A DNA stretch of 60,236 bases, counting the filler, from Nemertoderma westbladi (taxonomy: Eukaryota; Animalia; Xenacoelomorpha): the NCBI GenBank assembly GCA_032718475.1. It is 3 parts of 3 records of this genome, joined end to end, with 100 filler letters (N's around TTAATTAATTAA, not from the genome) between each part and the next. Parts side by side here need not be neighbours in the genome. Positions count along the whole stretch, not along the records: positions 1 to 25,607 come from JAUCBJ010008076.1; 2 more parts are not named here. The stretch is one strand, 5' to 3'. The position numbers were made by a program, and so were the translations under genes. Shown piece after piece: positions 13,001-25,607 of the stretch; position 1 is the stretch's first letter, and each line of letters starts with the position of its first letter. The notes below the pieces were generated by a model, which was not told the DNA's origin, made no database searches, and was given only the letters and a program-made list of their open reading frames with translations.

Positions 13001-15100
13001 CTACTTAGGACATTTAATACATTGTACGTTAGATGACGATTTTGACATCCGTAAGCAGACTAATAGCTTATACGCACGTCCCAGTTAAACATGAACTTAT
13101 GTTTCATATGTGGTATATATATGTTGTATGGAATAGGTGTGTCTGGAAATTGGGTTTTTATGCTCATGTATGAATAATACATGTCACGCATGCGGTGATA
13201 CATACACTTAGAATGTGTGTATCGCCATTTATGGTATTTATATGTTGCACATATGAATTTATCATAAATAAATGTGTGAGAATGCGCATGTGAATAATAT
13301 ATGTCGAGCATATGTGAAATAGCCATAGCCAAGACTCCGAGTTAAATTTAAATCCATAAACTATTCAATTCGTAATTGTGTAATCCAGTTCATGGATTTT
13401 ATATGTTGCACACATGTTTGCCTTATGGTAATACAGGCCTTACAGTAATACATGTACAGAAAAGAATAGCGAGGGGGATGCAGAATTTGTTGATGTCACT
13501 ACCTAGCTTTTAGCATTAAGAACAAATATCGTTTTAATCAGCAGTATAATACGTTGAATCTATATTTTTTGTTATACTGTATTTTCAAAGTACCGACTAC
13601 AGTATTTAACCATATAATGTATAATCAATACATAGGCCTGCTATAAGGTTTAAATGATCTGTGAAGGCTGTATGGACACTAAATTGAAGTAACCATAGTC
13701 GATCGTCCAATTGTTTTGTTTATTGCATTTGAGGGCTGGTGGTGGGACACATTCTTAAAATGATAGGCATTTCATAGTCTGATCCTGCAATCTTTCTTCT
13801 TAACCACGTCGTGTCGCTTGCAGTTTAGCTAGTGAATCGCAAATTATTTTATATTTTACCCATAACAGCATAATTCGTTGCATAAGCCTACCGCTTATCA
13901 TAGTCCACTCAATTGTTCAGTGATGCAGTGTGTGACTTGCCTGCTTTCTGCCTTGCACTATGCACATTGTGCTGTGCATTTGCATTGTACAGTGCTGTAT
14001 TAACAGAATTAGACAATTCGTATGGCTGTATGGTGGTTTTCACTTGTCAGGTTGTGGTTGTGCATTGTCATCTGCGCTGCTAAGTATCAGTAAGGGGTAT
14101 AGACATAGACAGATAACATACATGCACTATACCATCCGTAAGGTAGGCAGGCCTATTGCAGTTCTTATCCCGTTAAAAAATTGAACATATGTTTCATATG
14201 TGGAATATATATGTTGTATGGAAAAGATGTCTTAAAATTAGATATAAAATATCATATGAGCAATTATATGATCTTAGAATTAATTAATTTTCGAAGATTT
14301 ATCAAAATGAATAATCTATTATAGCTGGAAATTGGATAACTTAATTAAATCTAACTAATAGAATACGAATTTACGGATCATAACCCAAATCTATTAAGGA
14401 TACTCTCATATCACTATGGATTAAATATTTTCATATATACTCCGATGCTTCCTTCTCTAAATGTATAGGGTAGGTGTAGGGCCGTAGGATAGGGTGTAGG
14501 GATTGGATAGGATAAGGTAATGAGGTAGGCTACCCCCCCCCCCCCCCCCCCCCCCCCACTCTCTATAGGAAATGGAGACCCACACCAGTGATTGGTCGGT
14601 CTCAGTTGAAATTTTTACTCTTTTTGTCGCACTTGTCACATAAAAAACATATGTGTATCACATGTGAACATTCCACATATGGATCACATTTGACAACACT
14701 GTAACATTTACATATATGTATCACATGTCGAATTATTTATGGCAACCATATATGAAACACATACTCATGTTTAACTGGGGTGGTAATATGTTGCTACGCA
14801 AGTTTGGCAATTGCAGCTGACCAGTTAAGCTTGCTTTATTCCGAGCCTATTGCACCCCCATATATTGCAACTCGCTCTGGGCAAAGCGCAGCTATTCTGA
14901 CAGTGCTCATAATAAGCTACGAGTAGCATACAATAATTGTGCTAGATTTCTATTTAAAATACCCCGTATAACTGATGGAGAATCCACTAGTATTTCTCTT
15001 ACATTTGGTCTACTGAATGTACCTTTATTCATTCACTTACGTTATAAATCGATTTATTTTTACTATGTGCCTTAATGGCGTTGAATAAAGATAATAATAA
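10080..15100 (+). mobile_element. Degenerate LINE, RTE-X-like (ORF1 C-terminal remnant plus APE-RT ORF2), split by a DNA transposon insertion
   Basis: ORF1-like KIFVTG...SFVIS...DPTVWP (to 10508). ORF2 from ATG 10583: APE motifs SYNC, LLLQE, GEFNA, TSWLDHVV; RT motifs NYRGISIA, QFGFK, DASKAFDKV, GTKQGGILSP, YADD. Several frameshifts. LYAR|GNMLLRKF resumes at 14782; AATAAA + (TAA)n tail at ~15084-15100. Confidence 0.88.
13080..14779. mobile_element. Non-autonomous EnSpm/CACTA (CMC)-type DNA transposon inserted in the LINE ORF2
   Basis: TIRs CCCAGTTAAACATGA / TCATGTTTAACTGGG; 2-bp GT duplication (13078-79, 14780-81). Removing it restores the codons GCA CGT GGT AAT ATG. Confidence 0.85.
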
Positions 15101-15137
15101 TTCACTAATGTCTCTTTGCTTTCAACGTGCTGACGTG

Positions 15138-15370
15138 GGATCTAAGTTCGCTTCGCGACTAGCATGATGATTACCAAAGGCTTTTAATACCATAAATTGG
15201 GATCTAAGTTAACCTAGTTAGGATCTAAATGCATCTAGTTAGGATCTAAGTTCACCTAGTTAGGATTTAAGTTCACCTAGCTAGGATCTAAATTCACCCA
15301 GATAGGACCTAAGTTCGGAAAGATCTAAGTTCATCAACAAAGTCAGGCCATGCAGGATCTAAGTTCGTTT
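15138..15370. repeat. Degenerate GGATCTAAGTTC-based short tandem repeat
   Basis: About 9 copies of GGATCTAAGTT(C/A); the same core as the 19-bp array at 33475-33858. Confidence 0.7.
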
Positions 15371-15498
15371 TCCCCACCAACAGTTGATAGTCCTGCAGTA
15401 GGTAGGCAAGGCATAGGCTTACTACTGTATTACAGTACTACTGTACTAAACCGTATACTTTGAAGCTGAACACTGATACCGGTAGTGATAATGCAGTT

Positions 15499-18400
15499 AT
15501 GGAATCCGATGGAGCAGTTTACAAACACTTTCAACGCTATTTAGAAGTTATTCGGTTAGTTCACGACACATCCTTCATCCTTGACGCTTGAGTTAGTTGT
15601 TAGCGTTAGGTATAGCGGTATAGGTAGGTCAACCGTAAAGTTCATACCGTAAAGGCTTAAACAATTAAAGGTAAGCAAAAAGTAAAGGCCTGTTAACACT
15701 GTAACAGGTTAATAATAAATGTTTCTGGGCTCCCGGACTACAGAATAATTGATAATGCAGACAGTAATATGGCAGTATGATCACATGATCTGACTGTCTG
15801 ATAGTACAATCGACGGACTGACTGATAAATCTTTTTTAAACGCCTGTATTTGCTTTCATTCTTTCTCCCGGAATACTGGAATAGGCCTATTAATTTCCTT
15901 GAAACTAAATTCAAGTACGGTAACCAACCCCCTTCCCTTGAATTGAACTAATTCAGTAATTGAAGCATGCGGTACGGGCCGGTACCGGTTGCCGGTATTG
16001 CTGTATTGGATTGGGTATATCAGTATATATAGTTTGACCTCTCGACCACGACCATGATCACTTAACATCTTAATGCTGTAAATGCTGTAATGTGAGAGAT
16101 GAGTCAGAATTGCTGAATTGTTCAATTCTGACTCACCTCTGATATTAAGTGGCCATGGCTGCATGGTCGATCAGTCGATAGGTCAAACTATCTCCAGATC
16201 TCTGCTTCAATTTAAGGGAAGGGCTGAAGGCGAAGGGGGTTACCCTACTACTGTACTACCTGAATTAAAATCCCAAGAAATAAATACAACTGTAGTACAG
16301 TAGTAGGCATATTCCGGTTTCCTGGAGATAATGAAAACAAAATACCGGTACCAGTGCTAGTGCTAGTATTATTTCAGTTTTCAGTATTTCCTGGATTGTT
16401 TATTTTATTTTTCGCTAGTTTCCGAGCTTCAACGAATAATCTACTGGTGGCAGCTTCTGAGTTAAAGGGCCGCTATTGGACTGGTTCATTGAGTTTCTAT
16501 GACAACATAGACACATGTTCCTTTGCTAAGCCGTTATCCAGCTCGAAGGCAGGTGAGTTTAGTTACTACAGTATATTTATCATCACGTTTACTCCACACC
16601 AGTTTGTTGAGGACCAGTTAAATTACTGTAATTAAAACTCGTGATAGTCAGATAGTAGTAGCGCAGCGCCCTACCTTCCTACGTTCGGGTAGCAGCTCTC
16701 GTTTATCGTCTTACCAGCGATAATTAAACTTATTGTTCGCAGAGTTTGGCATAGCGGATGCGACTTGGCTGACTGACGAGGCAGTCGTAACAGTCGGGGA
16801 CTCCAAGGGTGTCGACTATTGGAGTCTCCATGACAACCACTTCCAACTGGAGGACTGTACGGAAGAACAGCACGATGGAACGGTTAGCAGCGTGAGCGTT
16901 AACGCGACGGGTACGGTGGTTGCTAGCGGCAGCGAGGACTCAGACGTCCGTCTCTGGTCCGCCGTGGATCGCTCCCTTCGCGACGTATTCTCCCATCACA
17001 TCGACGCGGTGACCTGCGTTCGGTTCTCCCCCACCCAGCCCAACTGTCTGCTCAGCTGTAGTCGGGACGGCACTGTCGCTCTCTGCGACGATAGGACCCC
17101 CTCCAGCCTCCTTAGCGGGACGCAGCTCGCCAGTCTGCCTACAGCGTTAGCGTGGCAACCCGGTAACGACAGCGGGTTCGTGGTGGGGGACGAGAGCGGG
17201 TTCATAGGGGTCTACGATATACGGGGTGAGTTGGGGGGGGGGGGGGGATATTCATTTATGTTCCTTGCGTTTTAATAGTGATTTAAATACAACATGATGA
17301 CTGGGCATATGGAAACCTTTTTTCTGTCCGTCTGGCACAATTCCTATTACAAACACAGATATTTACATTATTGCAGGGGGTTCAGGTGTTATGGTTACCG
17401 GTAGATTGGTTCACCATCGGGAGGTCACCAGGTTGGAATTCCACCCAATCAACACCGACATTGTGGCCTCCACATCCAACGACCACGTATCTGTCTGTGT
17501 CTGCGACACTTCCTCACAGCTCCAGACCATCTACTCCAGTACGGAACATCAGGACTTTGCAAGGTATATCCGAGACCAACGTTGGTTATACTGTAACGGA
17601 AGTTGTATTACTGTAACATTGTTGCTACATGTATATAACTACATATACTACAGCTACATGTATGTAATATAACTGTTTTTTCCCTCTCATGTGATCTTTC
17701 TGGCTCCTATAACTGTTTTTTCCCTCTCATGTGATCTTTCTTTCTGTCCCCTGTATCTATTTTTCCCTCTCATGTGATCTTTCTGGCTCCTATAACTGAT
17801 TTTTTCCTCCCAGGTGCTCTGTCTGTCCCCTGTATCTATTTTTCCCTCCCAGGTGCTCTGTCCGGCTCCTATAACTGTTTTTTCCCTCTCATGTGATCTT
17901 TCTTTCTGTCCCCTGTATCTATTTTTCCCTCCCAGGTGCTCTGTCCGGCTCCTATAACTGTTTTTTCCCTCTCATGTGATCTTTCTTTCTGTCCCCTGTA
18001 TCTATTTTTCCCTCCCATGTGCTCTGTCTGTCTGTCCCCTGTATCTATTTTTCCCTCCCAGGTGCTCTGTCCGGCTCCTGTAACTGTTTTTTCCCTCTCA
18101 TGTGATCTTTCTTTCTGTCCCCTGTATCTATTTTTCCCTCCCAGGTGCTCTGTCTGGCTCCTATAACTGTTTTTTCCCTCTCATGTGATCTTTCTGGCTC
18201 CTATAACTGTTTTTTCCCTCTCATGTGATCTTTCTGGCTCCTATAACTGTTTTTTCCCTCTCATGTGATCTTTCTTTCTGTCCCCTGTATCTATTTTTCC
18301 CTCCCAGGTGCTCTGTCTGGCTCCTATAACTGTTTTTTCCCTCTCATGTGATCTTTCTTTCTGTCCCCTGTATCTATTTTTCCCTCCCAGGTGCTCTGTC

Positions 18401-20655
18401 TGGCTCCTATAACTGTTTTTTTCCCTCTCATGTGCTCTGTCTGTCCCCTGTATCTATTTTTCCCTCTCATGTGATCTTTCTGGCTCCTATAACTGTTTTT
18501 TCCCTCTCATGTGATCTTTCTGGCTCCTATAACTGTTTTTTCCCTCTCATGTGATCTTTCTTTCTGTCCCCTGTATCTATTTTTCCCTCCCAGGTGCTCT
18601 GTCCGGCTCCTGTAACTGTTTTTTCCCTCTCATGTGATCTTTCTTTCTGTCCCCTGTATCTATTTTTCCCTCCCAGGTGCTCTGTCTGGCTCCTATAACT
18701 GTTTTTTCCCTCTCATGTGATCTTTCTGGCTCCTATAACTGTTTTTTCCCTCTCATGTGATCTTTCTTTCTGTCCTCTGTATCTATTTTTCCCTCCCAGG
18801 TGCTCTGTCTGTCCCCTGTATCTATTTTTCCCTCCCAGGTGCTCTGTCCGGCTCCTGTAACTGTTTTTTCCCTCTCATGTGATCTTTCTTTCTGTCCCCT
18901 GTATCTATTTTTCCCTCCCAGGTGCTCTGTCTGGCTCCTATAAATGTTTTTTCCCTCTCATGTGATCTTTCTTTCTGTCCTCTGTATCTATTTTTCCCTC
19001 TCATGTGCTCTGTCTGTCCCCTGTATCTATTTTTCCCTCCCAGGTGCTCTGTCTGGCTCCTATAACTGTTTTTTCCCTCTCATGTGATCTTTCTTTCTGT
19101 CCTCTGTATCTATTTTTCCCTCCCATGTGCTCTGTCTGTCCCCTGTATCTATTTTTCCCTCCCAGGTGCTCTGTCCGGCTCCTGTAACTGTTTTTTCCCT
19201 CTCATGTGATCTTTCTTTCTGTCCCCTGTATCTATTTTTCCCTCCCAGGTGCTCTGTCCGGCTCCTGTAACTGTTTTTTCCCTCTCATGTGATCTTTCTT
19301 TCTGTCCCCTGTATCTATTTTTCCCTCCCAGGTGCTCTGTCCGGCTCCTGTAACTGTTTTTTCCCTCTCATGTGATCTTTCTTTCTGTCCCCTGTATCTA
19401 TTTTTCCCTCCCAGGTGCTCTGTCCGGCTCCTATAACTGTTTTTTCCCTCTCATGTGATCTTTCTTTCTGTCCCCTGTATCTATTTTTCCCTCTCATGTG
19501 ATCTTTCTGGCTCCTATAACTGTTTTTTCCCTCTCATGTGATCTTTCTTTCTGTCCCCTGTATCTATTTTTCCCTCCCAGGTGCTCTGTCTGGCTCCTAT
19601 AACTGTTTTTTCCCTCTCATGTGATCTTTCTTTCTGTCCCCTGTATCTATTTTTCCCTCCCAGGTGCTCTGTCTGGCTCCTATAACTGTTTTTTCCCTCT
19701 CATGTGATCTTTCTTTCTGTCCTCTGTATCTATTTTTCCCTCTCATGTGCTCTGTCTGTCCCCTGTATCTATTTTTCCCTCTCATGTCTCTGTCTGTCCC
19801 CTGTATCTATTTTTCCCTCCCAGGTGCTCTGTCCGGCTCCTGTAACTGTTTTTTGACTCTCATGTGCTCTGTCTGTCCCCTGTATCTATTTTTCCCTCCC
19901 ATGTGCTCTGTCTGTCTGTCCCCTGTATCTATTTTTCCCTCCCAGGTGCTCTGTCTGTCCCCTGTATCTTTTGTTTCCTCCCATGTGCTCTGTCCGGCTC
20001 CTGTAACTGTTTTTTGACTCTCATGTGCTCTGTCTGTCCCCTGTATCTATTTTTCCCTCTCATGTGCTCTGTCTGTCCCCTGTATCTATTTTTCCCTCCC
20101 AGGTGCTCTGTCTGGCTCCTATAACTGTTTTTTCCCTCTCATGTGATCTTTCTGGCTCCTATAACTGTTTTTTCCCTCTCATGTGATCTTTCTTTCTGTC
20201 CCCTGTATCTATTTTTCCCTCCCAGGTGCTCTGTCTGGCTCCTGTATCTGTTGTTTCCTCCCAGGTGCTCTGTCTGGCTCCTGTATCTGTTTTTCCTCCC
20301 AGGTGCTCTGTCTGGCTCCTATAACTGATTTTTTCCTCCCAGGTGCTCTGTCTGGCTCCTGTATCTGTTTTTCCTCACAGGTGCTCTGTCTGGCTCCTGT
20401 ATCTGTTTTTCCTCCCAGGTGCTCTGTCTGGCTCCTGTATCTGTTGTTTCCTCCCAGGTGCTCTATCTGGCTCCTGTATCTGTTTTCCCTCCCAGGTGCT
20501 CTGTTTGGCATTCGAACTCTCCCTACACTCTCTACACTTGTGGATGGGACGGAAAAATATTACGTCATTCAACTGGTCCTGTTCTAAAAGAGATGACGTC
20601 ACTCTCCGAGGCGCCAATTATCGCTGAAACGCCAATCACTGTCAACCCGCAATAA
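15499..20655 (+). CDS. WDR77: WD repeat protein 77 / methylosome protein 50 (PRMT5 cofactor); exons 15499-15554, 16419-16552, 16743-17225, 17377-17563, 20496-20655
   Basis: The spliced product MESDGAVYKHFQRYLEVIRFRASTNNLLVAASELKGRYWTGSLSFY...EFGIADATW...HDGTVSSVSV...HQDFARCSVW...LYTCGWDGKILRH follows the MEP50 pattern (ASSLSGRCWAGSLW, GVADLTW, HDDIVSTVSV, HRDFVR...TVGWD). All introns are GT-AG with compatible phases (2,1,1,2). Confidence 0.85.
17669..20495. repeat. ~2.8-kb complex minisatellite (38-44-bp monomers) filling WDR77 intron 4
   Basis: Shuffled variants of CC(TATAACTG/TGTATCTA)TTTTTCCCT(CTCAT/CCCAG)GTG(ATCTTT/CTCTGT)CTG(GCT/TCC). Confidence 0.95.
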
Positions 20656-23081
20656 TAATCTACACAGGGAGAGGGAATTTATTGAAGACCAGAGACTTTT
20701 TTTGGAATTTGGAATTGATTCTTTCTTTATTACTTGAGGGACAGACAGTGGATAATCATTGGTTGGTTCGCTACATTAAGAGACCAGATGGAGACGTAGA
20801 ACTCTACAACTGCTATTAGTAATTATTACCGCGTCACGCGATTGGTATTTTATTATTTGTATATAAGGCTAACAATAATAACGCCCTTGCAGTGAATTAT
20901 AATACTATAAAGTTATAAATTGTTTTCTTTCCGCGAAGTATAATAAGTACTTACTGCGTGGTGTAGTCCAGGGTTTTTTTTTCAAAATGTCCGCTGTGAA
21001 AAGTTTCTAAATGGCTAGGAAAAATTTAGAGAATCTCTAATTTGTTTAGAAAACCAAAATAATTTGCCCAATGACGAATTTGACAGATTAATTTTGAAAA
21101 GTGGGCCATGCATTACTTCCTGTATTGCTTTGTTTTCTACTTTATTCAACCATACGGTATTGTACTGGTACTGTAAGTCGTATACTGTATGTCATAAGTC
21201 AAAATAAATTATGGAACACATTGGTTTAAAATGGAGCGCTTCCGCTGGTATATCATAAGTCGTTTGTTACGACACATGAGTCGAAAGTGAATAAAGTGAT
21301 TATGTCCCATGTTCCACCATTTGACATACGACTGATGGGTTATATCCGGCAAGAGGCCTGTGATTGGTTACTTTGGGTAGCAGCAAGCCAGAAAATATTG
21401 TACAGCAATTTATTGTGTTCCATTAAATGTTAGGCGCATCTTATATTTTTTAAGGAAATACTTATGACTTACCAGTAGAGCCCGGGAGATATGCCTACTT
21501 TTCACATCAACGGACTCAGACAAAATCTGAAAGCGATTTATAACATTCGACTCATGAGTTACCAGTGGGGCGAGGGCCTACGTAATCTTACATATCATCG
21601 AAACATTAAACTAATAAAGACCTACTACCCTATGTAATGCAGCTTTGGTAAATTAATGCCATTTTTATTGGGAAGGAATATTCCACATGATTGGGGTGTT
21701 GGGACAGTAAAATAAGTATAAAATTTGTAACACTGTAAATTATGGGAATGTCAGTGAAACACTCTTAGAATGTAACACAGTTGTTCGCGCTTTTGAAGAC
21801 CTTTAGCAGTTTAACCTGCCAAAATTTATATGTCTTTTAGTTAATTAAAACCACTTTAGCATACGAGAATAATTTATGCTAATACGCAAAACATTAGCCG
21901 AAGTCAGCCCATGCGCGATCATTCACCCGATGGATCTACACCCGGGAGACTGAATTCGGATGCTTGAATTGTATTATTACAGTGTAAGGTTGCAGTGTAT
22001 ACCTAATGTATTATTCGATAGATCGTTAATAATTAATCTCTGACAGATATTATTGGCTTTCGGGAAATATTAACAGTTCCTTTAGGACGTGGCGCTTTAT
22101 CTATTTAAACAGAACTAAGACTTATACTAAACGCAACGATACTGCCTATGATTAAAGTATAAAACGTATTCTTTAGGAAATACTTTGTTACCAATCACAA
22201 TCATACACACTATTCTGCCGACAGTCAGTACATTTGATCACACATAAAGAGAGCAGTAATTGACTCACGTAGGGTCTGCTAAATAACATTGGATTCAATA
22301 CACACCACATTAATATAAATCGCAATTGTTATGTATAGCCGGTCTCTCTAACCTGTAGTGTTATCAAGAAAATTGGGAATTGGGTGATTTATCCGTATTA
22401 TCCAAATAGCAATATTTCCATCAACAAATATTTACAATTAATAACTGACGGTAAAATAACAGTACAAACAATATGATTAATGAGTTAGGTGATATTCGAT
22501 TCGGTAACAGTTTATACTTTCGATAATTCAAGCAGTTTACGGTACAGCAGTATCTATCCAAAAATGCCGGTGTTTCTGGCTTAGACAGCAATAACAACAA
22601 AAGTAACAAGAAAAAACAGTAAGACTGAACACTCTCCTTATGATCGGCAGAAAAGCTACACGTCGACAGGAAAAACCGCCCTGATTGGCCCAAGCCAAAC
22701 AAAGAACCACGCGGCCAATGGCTGTTTCCATGTCAGCAACCAGCTGCTAGATGTCGTAATATGAATCATCACGGCTAAGCTGTGAAAGGTGGTTGGTGCA
22801 TTACAAGTTTTTGTCTTACCATGTCCGCTAAAACACGTATATAGCAGAATGATTTTTATGTCCGTTAAAACACCTGTAAAGGTACCTTGCGGGCGAGGGG
22901 AATATATATACAGTTAGAAAACCTTTTTTAGAGTATTCCAGCGCCTGGGGGGGAACTGGCCAGCAAAGGCAAACGTATCAGTTATCCCACAAAAGCTTTT
23001 ACACCGCTCCCAGAAAATGGGATTTAAGTCTATAAAATATACAAAATCACAGTTTCTAAAATACAAAAATACTCTAAACAG

Positions 23082-24530
23082 TTAGTCTTTCTTGCGCGGA
23101 CGGCGTTTACGCAGTTTTTTGAAGCTAGCAAGAGTCCTTTTCTCTTTGGGGCGAGCCACTTTACTAGGAGGGCTATAACTCCTGGGTGAAGGGTGCAATA
23201 TGATTGCATCAGAAGGTATGGGATTGCGATCGGTATATCCGCCGGTCGAAGTACCGGGTTGATTAACATCAACGTCAGGGGAGAGGGGTCTAACGGCTTT
23301 GAGAGCTCGTTTCAAGACAGCCGCTCTTACGGGTCCTTTACGAGTGGTCTGAACGAGGGCCGTGGGTGGACCATAGGCCGTTAGAAACTTCCTTGGTTTA
23401 ATGGTTCTTTCTAACTCGCGTTCGCGGGCTCGATACTCGTAAGGCCGTCGATATACTTCTTGTAACTCAGGGTGTGAGTTGACGAATAAGTCTCCATAGG
23501 CAGGGTCTTGACGGATAAAGTTTATTAAGTTGTAAGACTGGATGTCACTCGGATTAATGCTCCTGAGAAATTTACGCACATATTTGGTTGAAATACATTC
23601 TCCAACGCGCTTCAATAGTTCATAACTTGATAGGCGCGATTTCTGCTCGACGGAGGCAAACAAATATGGATGGAACGCATAAACTCCTTCGTAGGCGCGT
23701 CCGGGATAATAGCGATGGCGTGAGTCACAATGTAAATCAGCGTTCGCTTCCCAAGCTCTGATATAACGTAGTACAATCATTTCATCTACGCTCTCTAAAT
23801 CATGGTTAAAGGGACAATCAAAGCTGGCGTGTCCTTTTAATTGACAATGATGACATTGAGTCATAAATTGAGGGCAAACCGCAAAAATATGCAAATTATT
23901 AAATCTGCAATACGCGCAATAAATTTCCATCGCCGGTTGTTCGTGGAAATAGGAACAGCGGACGTTTGTGTCCATGGGCGTAACATGGTCTCTCGATGCG
24001 CATAACCGACAACGTTGCCGAGAAACATAGTTGGCATGGCGATAATCGTACGCAGTGAGACACTGTGGACCTTGATACCATTCTAGGATGTAATCGTTGT
24101 CGTTGTTCCGGGCGCAATAGGCTGAATCTCCTCAGATTCTAGGCATATTGGTTCGTCTTCCCAGTCTGTTACGAATATAATTTTCGTGATCTATTCTCGG
24201 TTTATCGTTACGACTCCGCTGGGTATGATATTTAAATAGAACCATTTCCCTTTCGGCGTATACATCGTCCGTATCATGTAAATCGATAGGATGGCCGGTA
24301 GTTAAGAAGTCTATATACGTACCATTACGATTCGTATAGCGAGCGGTGAATTTTCTATAGTCCGCTTCGCGCGTAAGTTGTTCCTGGGACATCGGCGGTT
24401 CGATATAGCGCCCATCGTCCTCCGTAATAGTCGGATCAGCTTCACCGCGTATCAAGCTATCCACAAACGCTTGTAAAGGTAGAGTATATCGCTCTCTAAT
24501 ACCAAGGTCATCTTCTATTAATTCCGTCAT
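23082..24530 (-). CDS. 482-codon multi-CCHC zinc-knuckle protein frame with one internal TGA (24132-24134) and a basic C-terminus
   Basis: The listed 132-aa and 297-aa ORFs are in the same frame and the 52 codons between them are open. Motifs: CRLCASRDH..., CAYCRFNNLHIFAVC, CHHCQLKGHASFDC (CX2CX4HX4C); C-terminus KKLRKRRPRKKD. Confidence 0.6.
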
Positions 24531-24600
24531 ATTTGCTATCTGAGTTTGTTAATATCAATATACGTTAATATTTTAGGTAAGCGGGCGTCGCTTCCTACTA

Positions 24601-24727
24601 GGCCTTTTGCCCCCGGACAGTGGGTTTCTCAGCGCCGATGTACCGCTGTCGCAGTGTTTACGCCAACATGTAGCACAGCACGACAACGATAACCGGCACA
24701 AGTCCCACCACTGTCCGTCCCAAAGGC
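24601..24727 (-). other. Long imperfect RNA-type hairpin upstream of the zinc-knuckle ORF
   Basis: Arms GCCTTTTG/CAAAGGC, GGACAGTGG/CCACTGTCC and GCCG..TACCGCTGTCG/CGACAACGATA..CGGC. Two C:A mismatches on + become G-U pairs on -. Confidence 0.55.
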
Positions 24728-25607
24728 TTGAATCCACTTGAGGTTATCTCGGTAGAGTTAGGGCTATTTTACAATTGCGATTAGCTACTGTAAACACACT
24801 TTAGTAGTAACATTCACCTATAAACGCACAAATTCCATACAATCATTACTTACTGCACACATGCATACCATTTGTCCGTTAGTCAGTGTCTTCCAGAATG
24901 TCACGTATTTACTATGTATCCTTGGATACTAATAGTGCGCTATGTATACTCTTATGCTACGCAATGGGGCAAGCCTTTTATTGTTCCCTTAACTTGCTTC
25001 TAATTCTAGCGTGGGTGTTGCCATGGTGACATTATGGAAAACTAGCGGTAGAATTAGGGCAATCCTCATGCATACAGATCTGGGATGTTATTTAATAGTA
25101 ATTCTTTAATTGTCAATATCCTCTTTATGCATGATTTTATAAATTTTATCGGCTATTGACTATATGCTGGAGATTCTCACACTCTAATACACTCAATATG
25201 AATCTCCGCTCCCATGATCTATTAATTACTGGAATTTTGGGAATGTTATAAATTGCACAAAATGACAATTTATGAAATTCATTCGAGTATGAATTTAATT
25301 TATTCCCGTGAATTTTATTATTTGATGTTAAATGGACATAAATTTTATTCCAGAGCAAGTCTGGGGACATAAGATCCTTAATTCTATGAAATTTGTCTTT
25401 TAAGAGTATCGGTAAGTGCTACGATATCTTAATCGACTGGAAATTTTAAAGGATCGGGATTTTACAGATTTTAATAAATATTAAATTAATATTTAGGATG
25501 GGCACCAATTTATTCCAGAACTTGTCTGGGGACGTTAACCACTGATTCTAGAATTTGTCTTTCAAGTATATCGGTGGGTGCCACGATATCTTAATCGACT
25601 AGAATTA

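Noticed and set aside
17936-20627. Numerous short ORFs on both strands in the satellite
   Set aside because: Translations of repeat monomers; only 20496-20655 is supported, as WDR77 exon 5.
24132-24134. Selenocysteine codon in the zinc-knuckle frame
   Set aside because: No SECIS recognised downstream, the hairpin lies upstream, and the TGA is not in a Cys-motif position.
25495-25507. Primer-binding site (GATGGGCACCA on +)
   Set aside because: Lies within an internal tandem unit and is not adjacent to the LTR-like repeat end.
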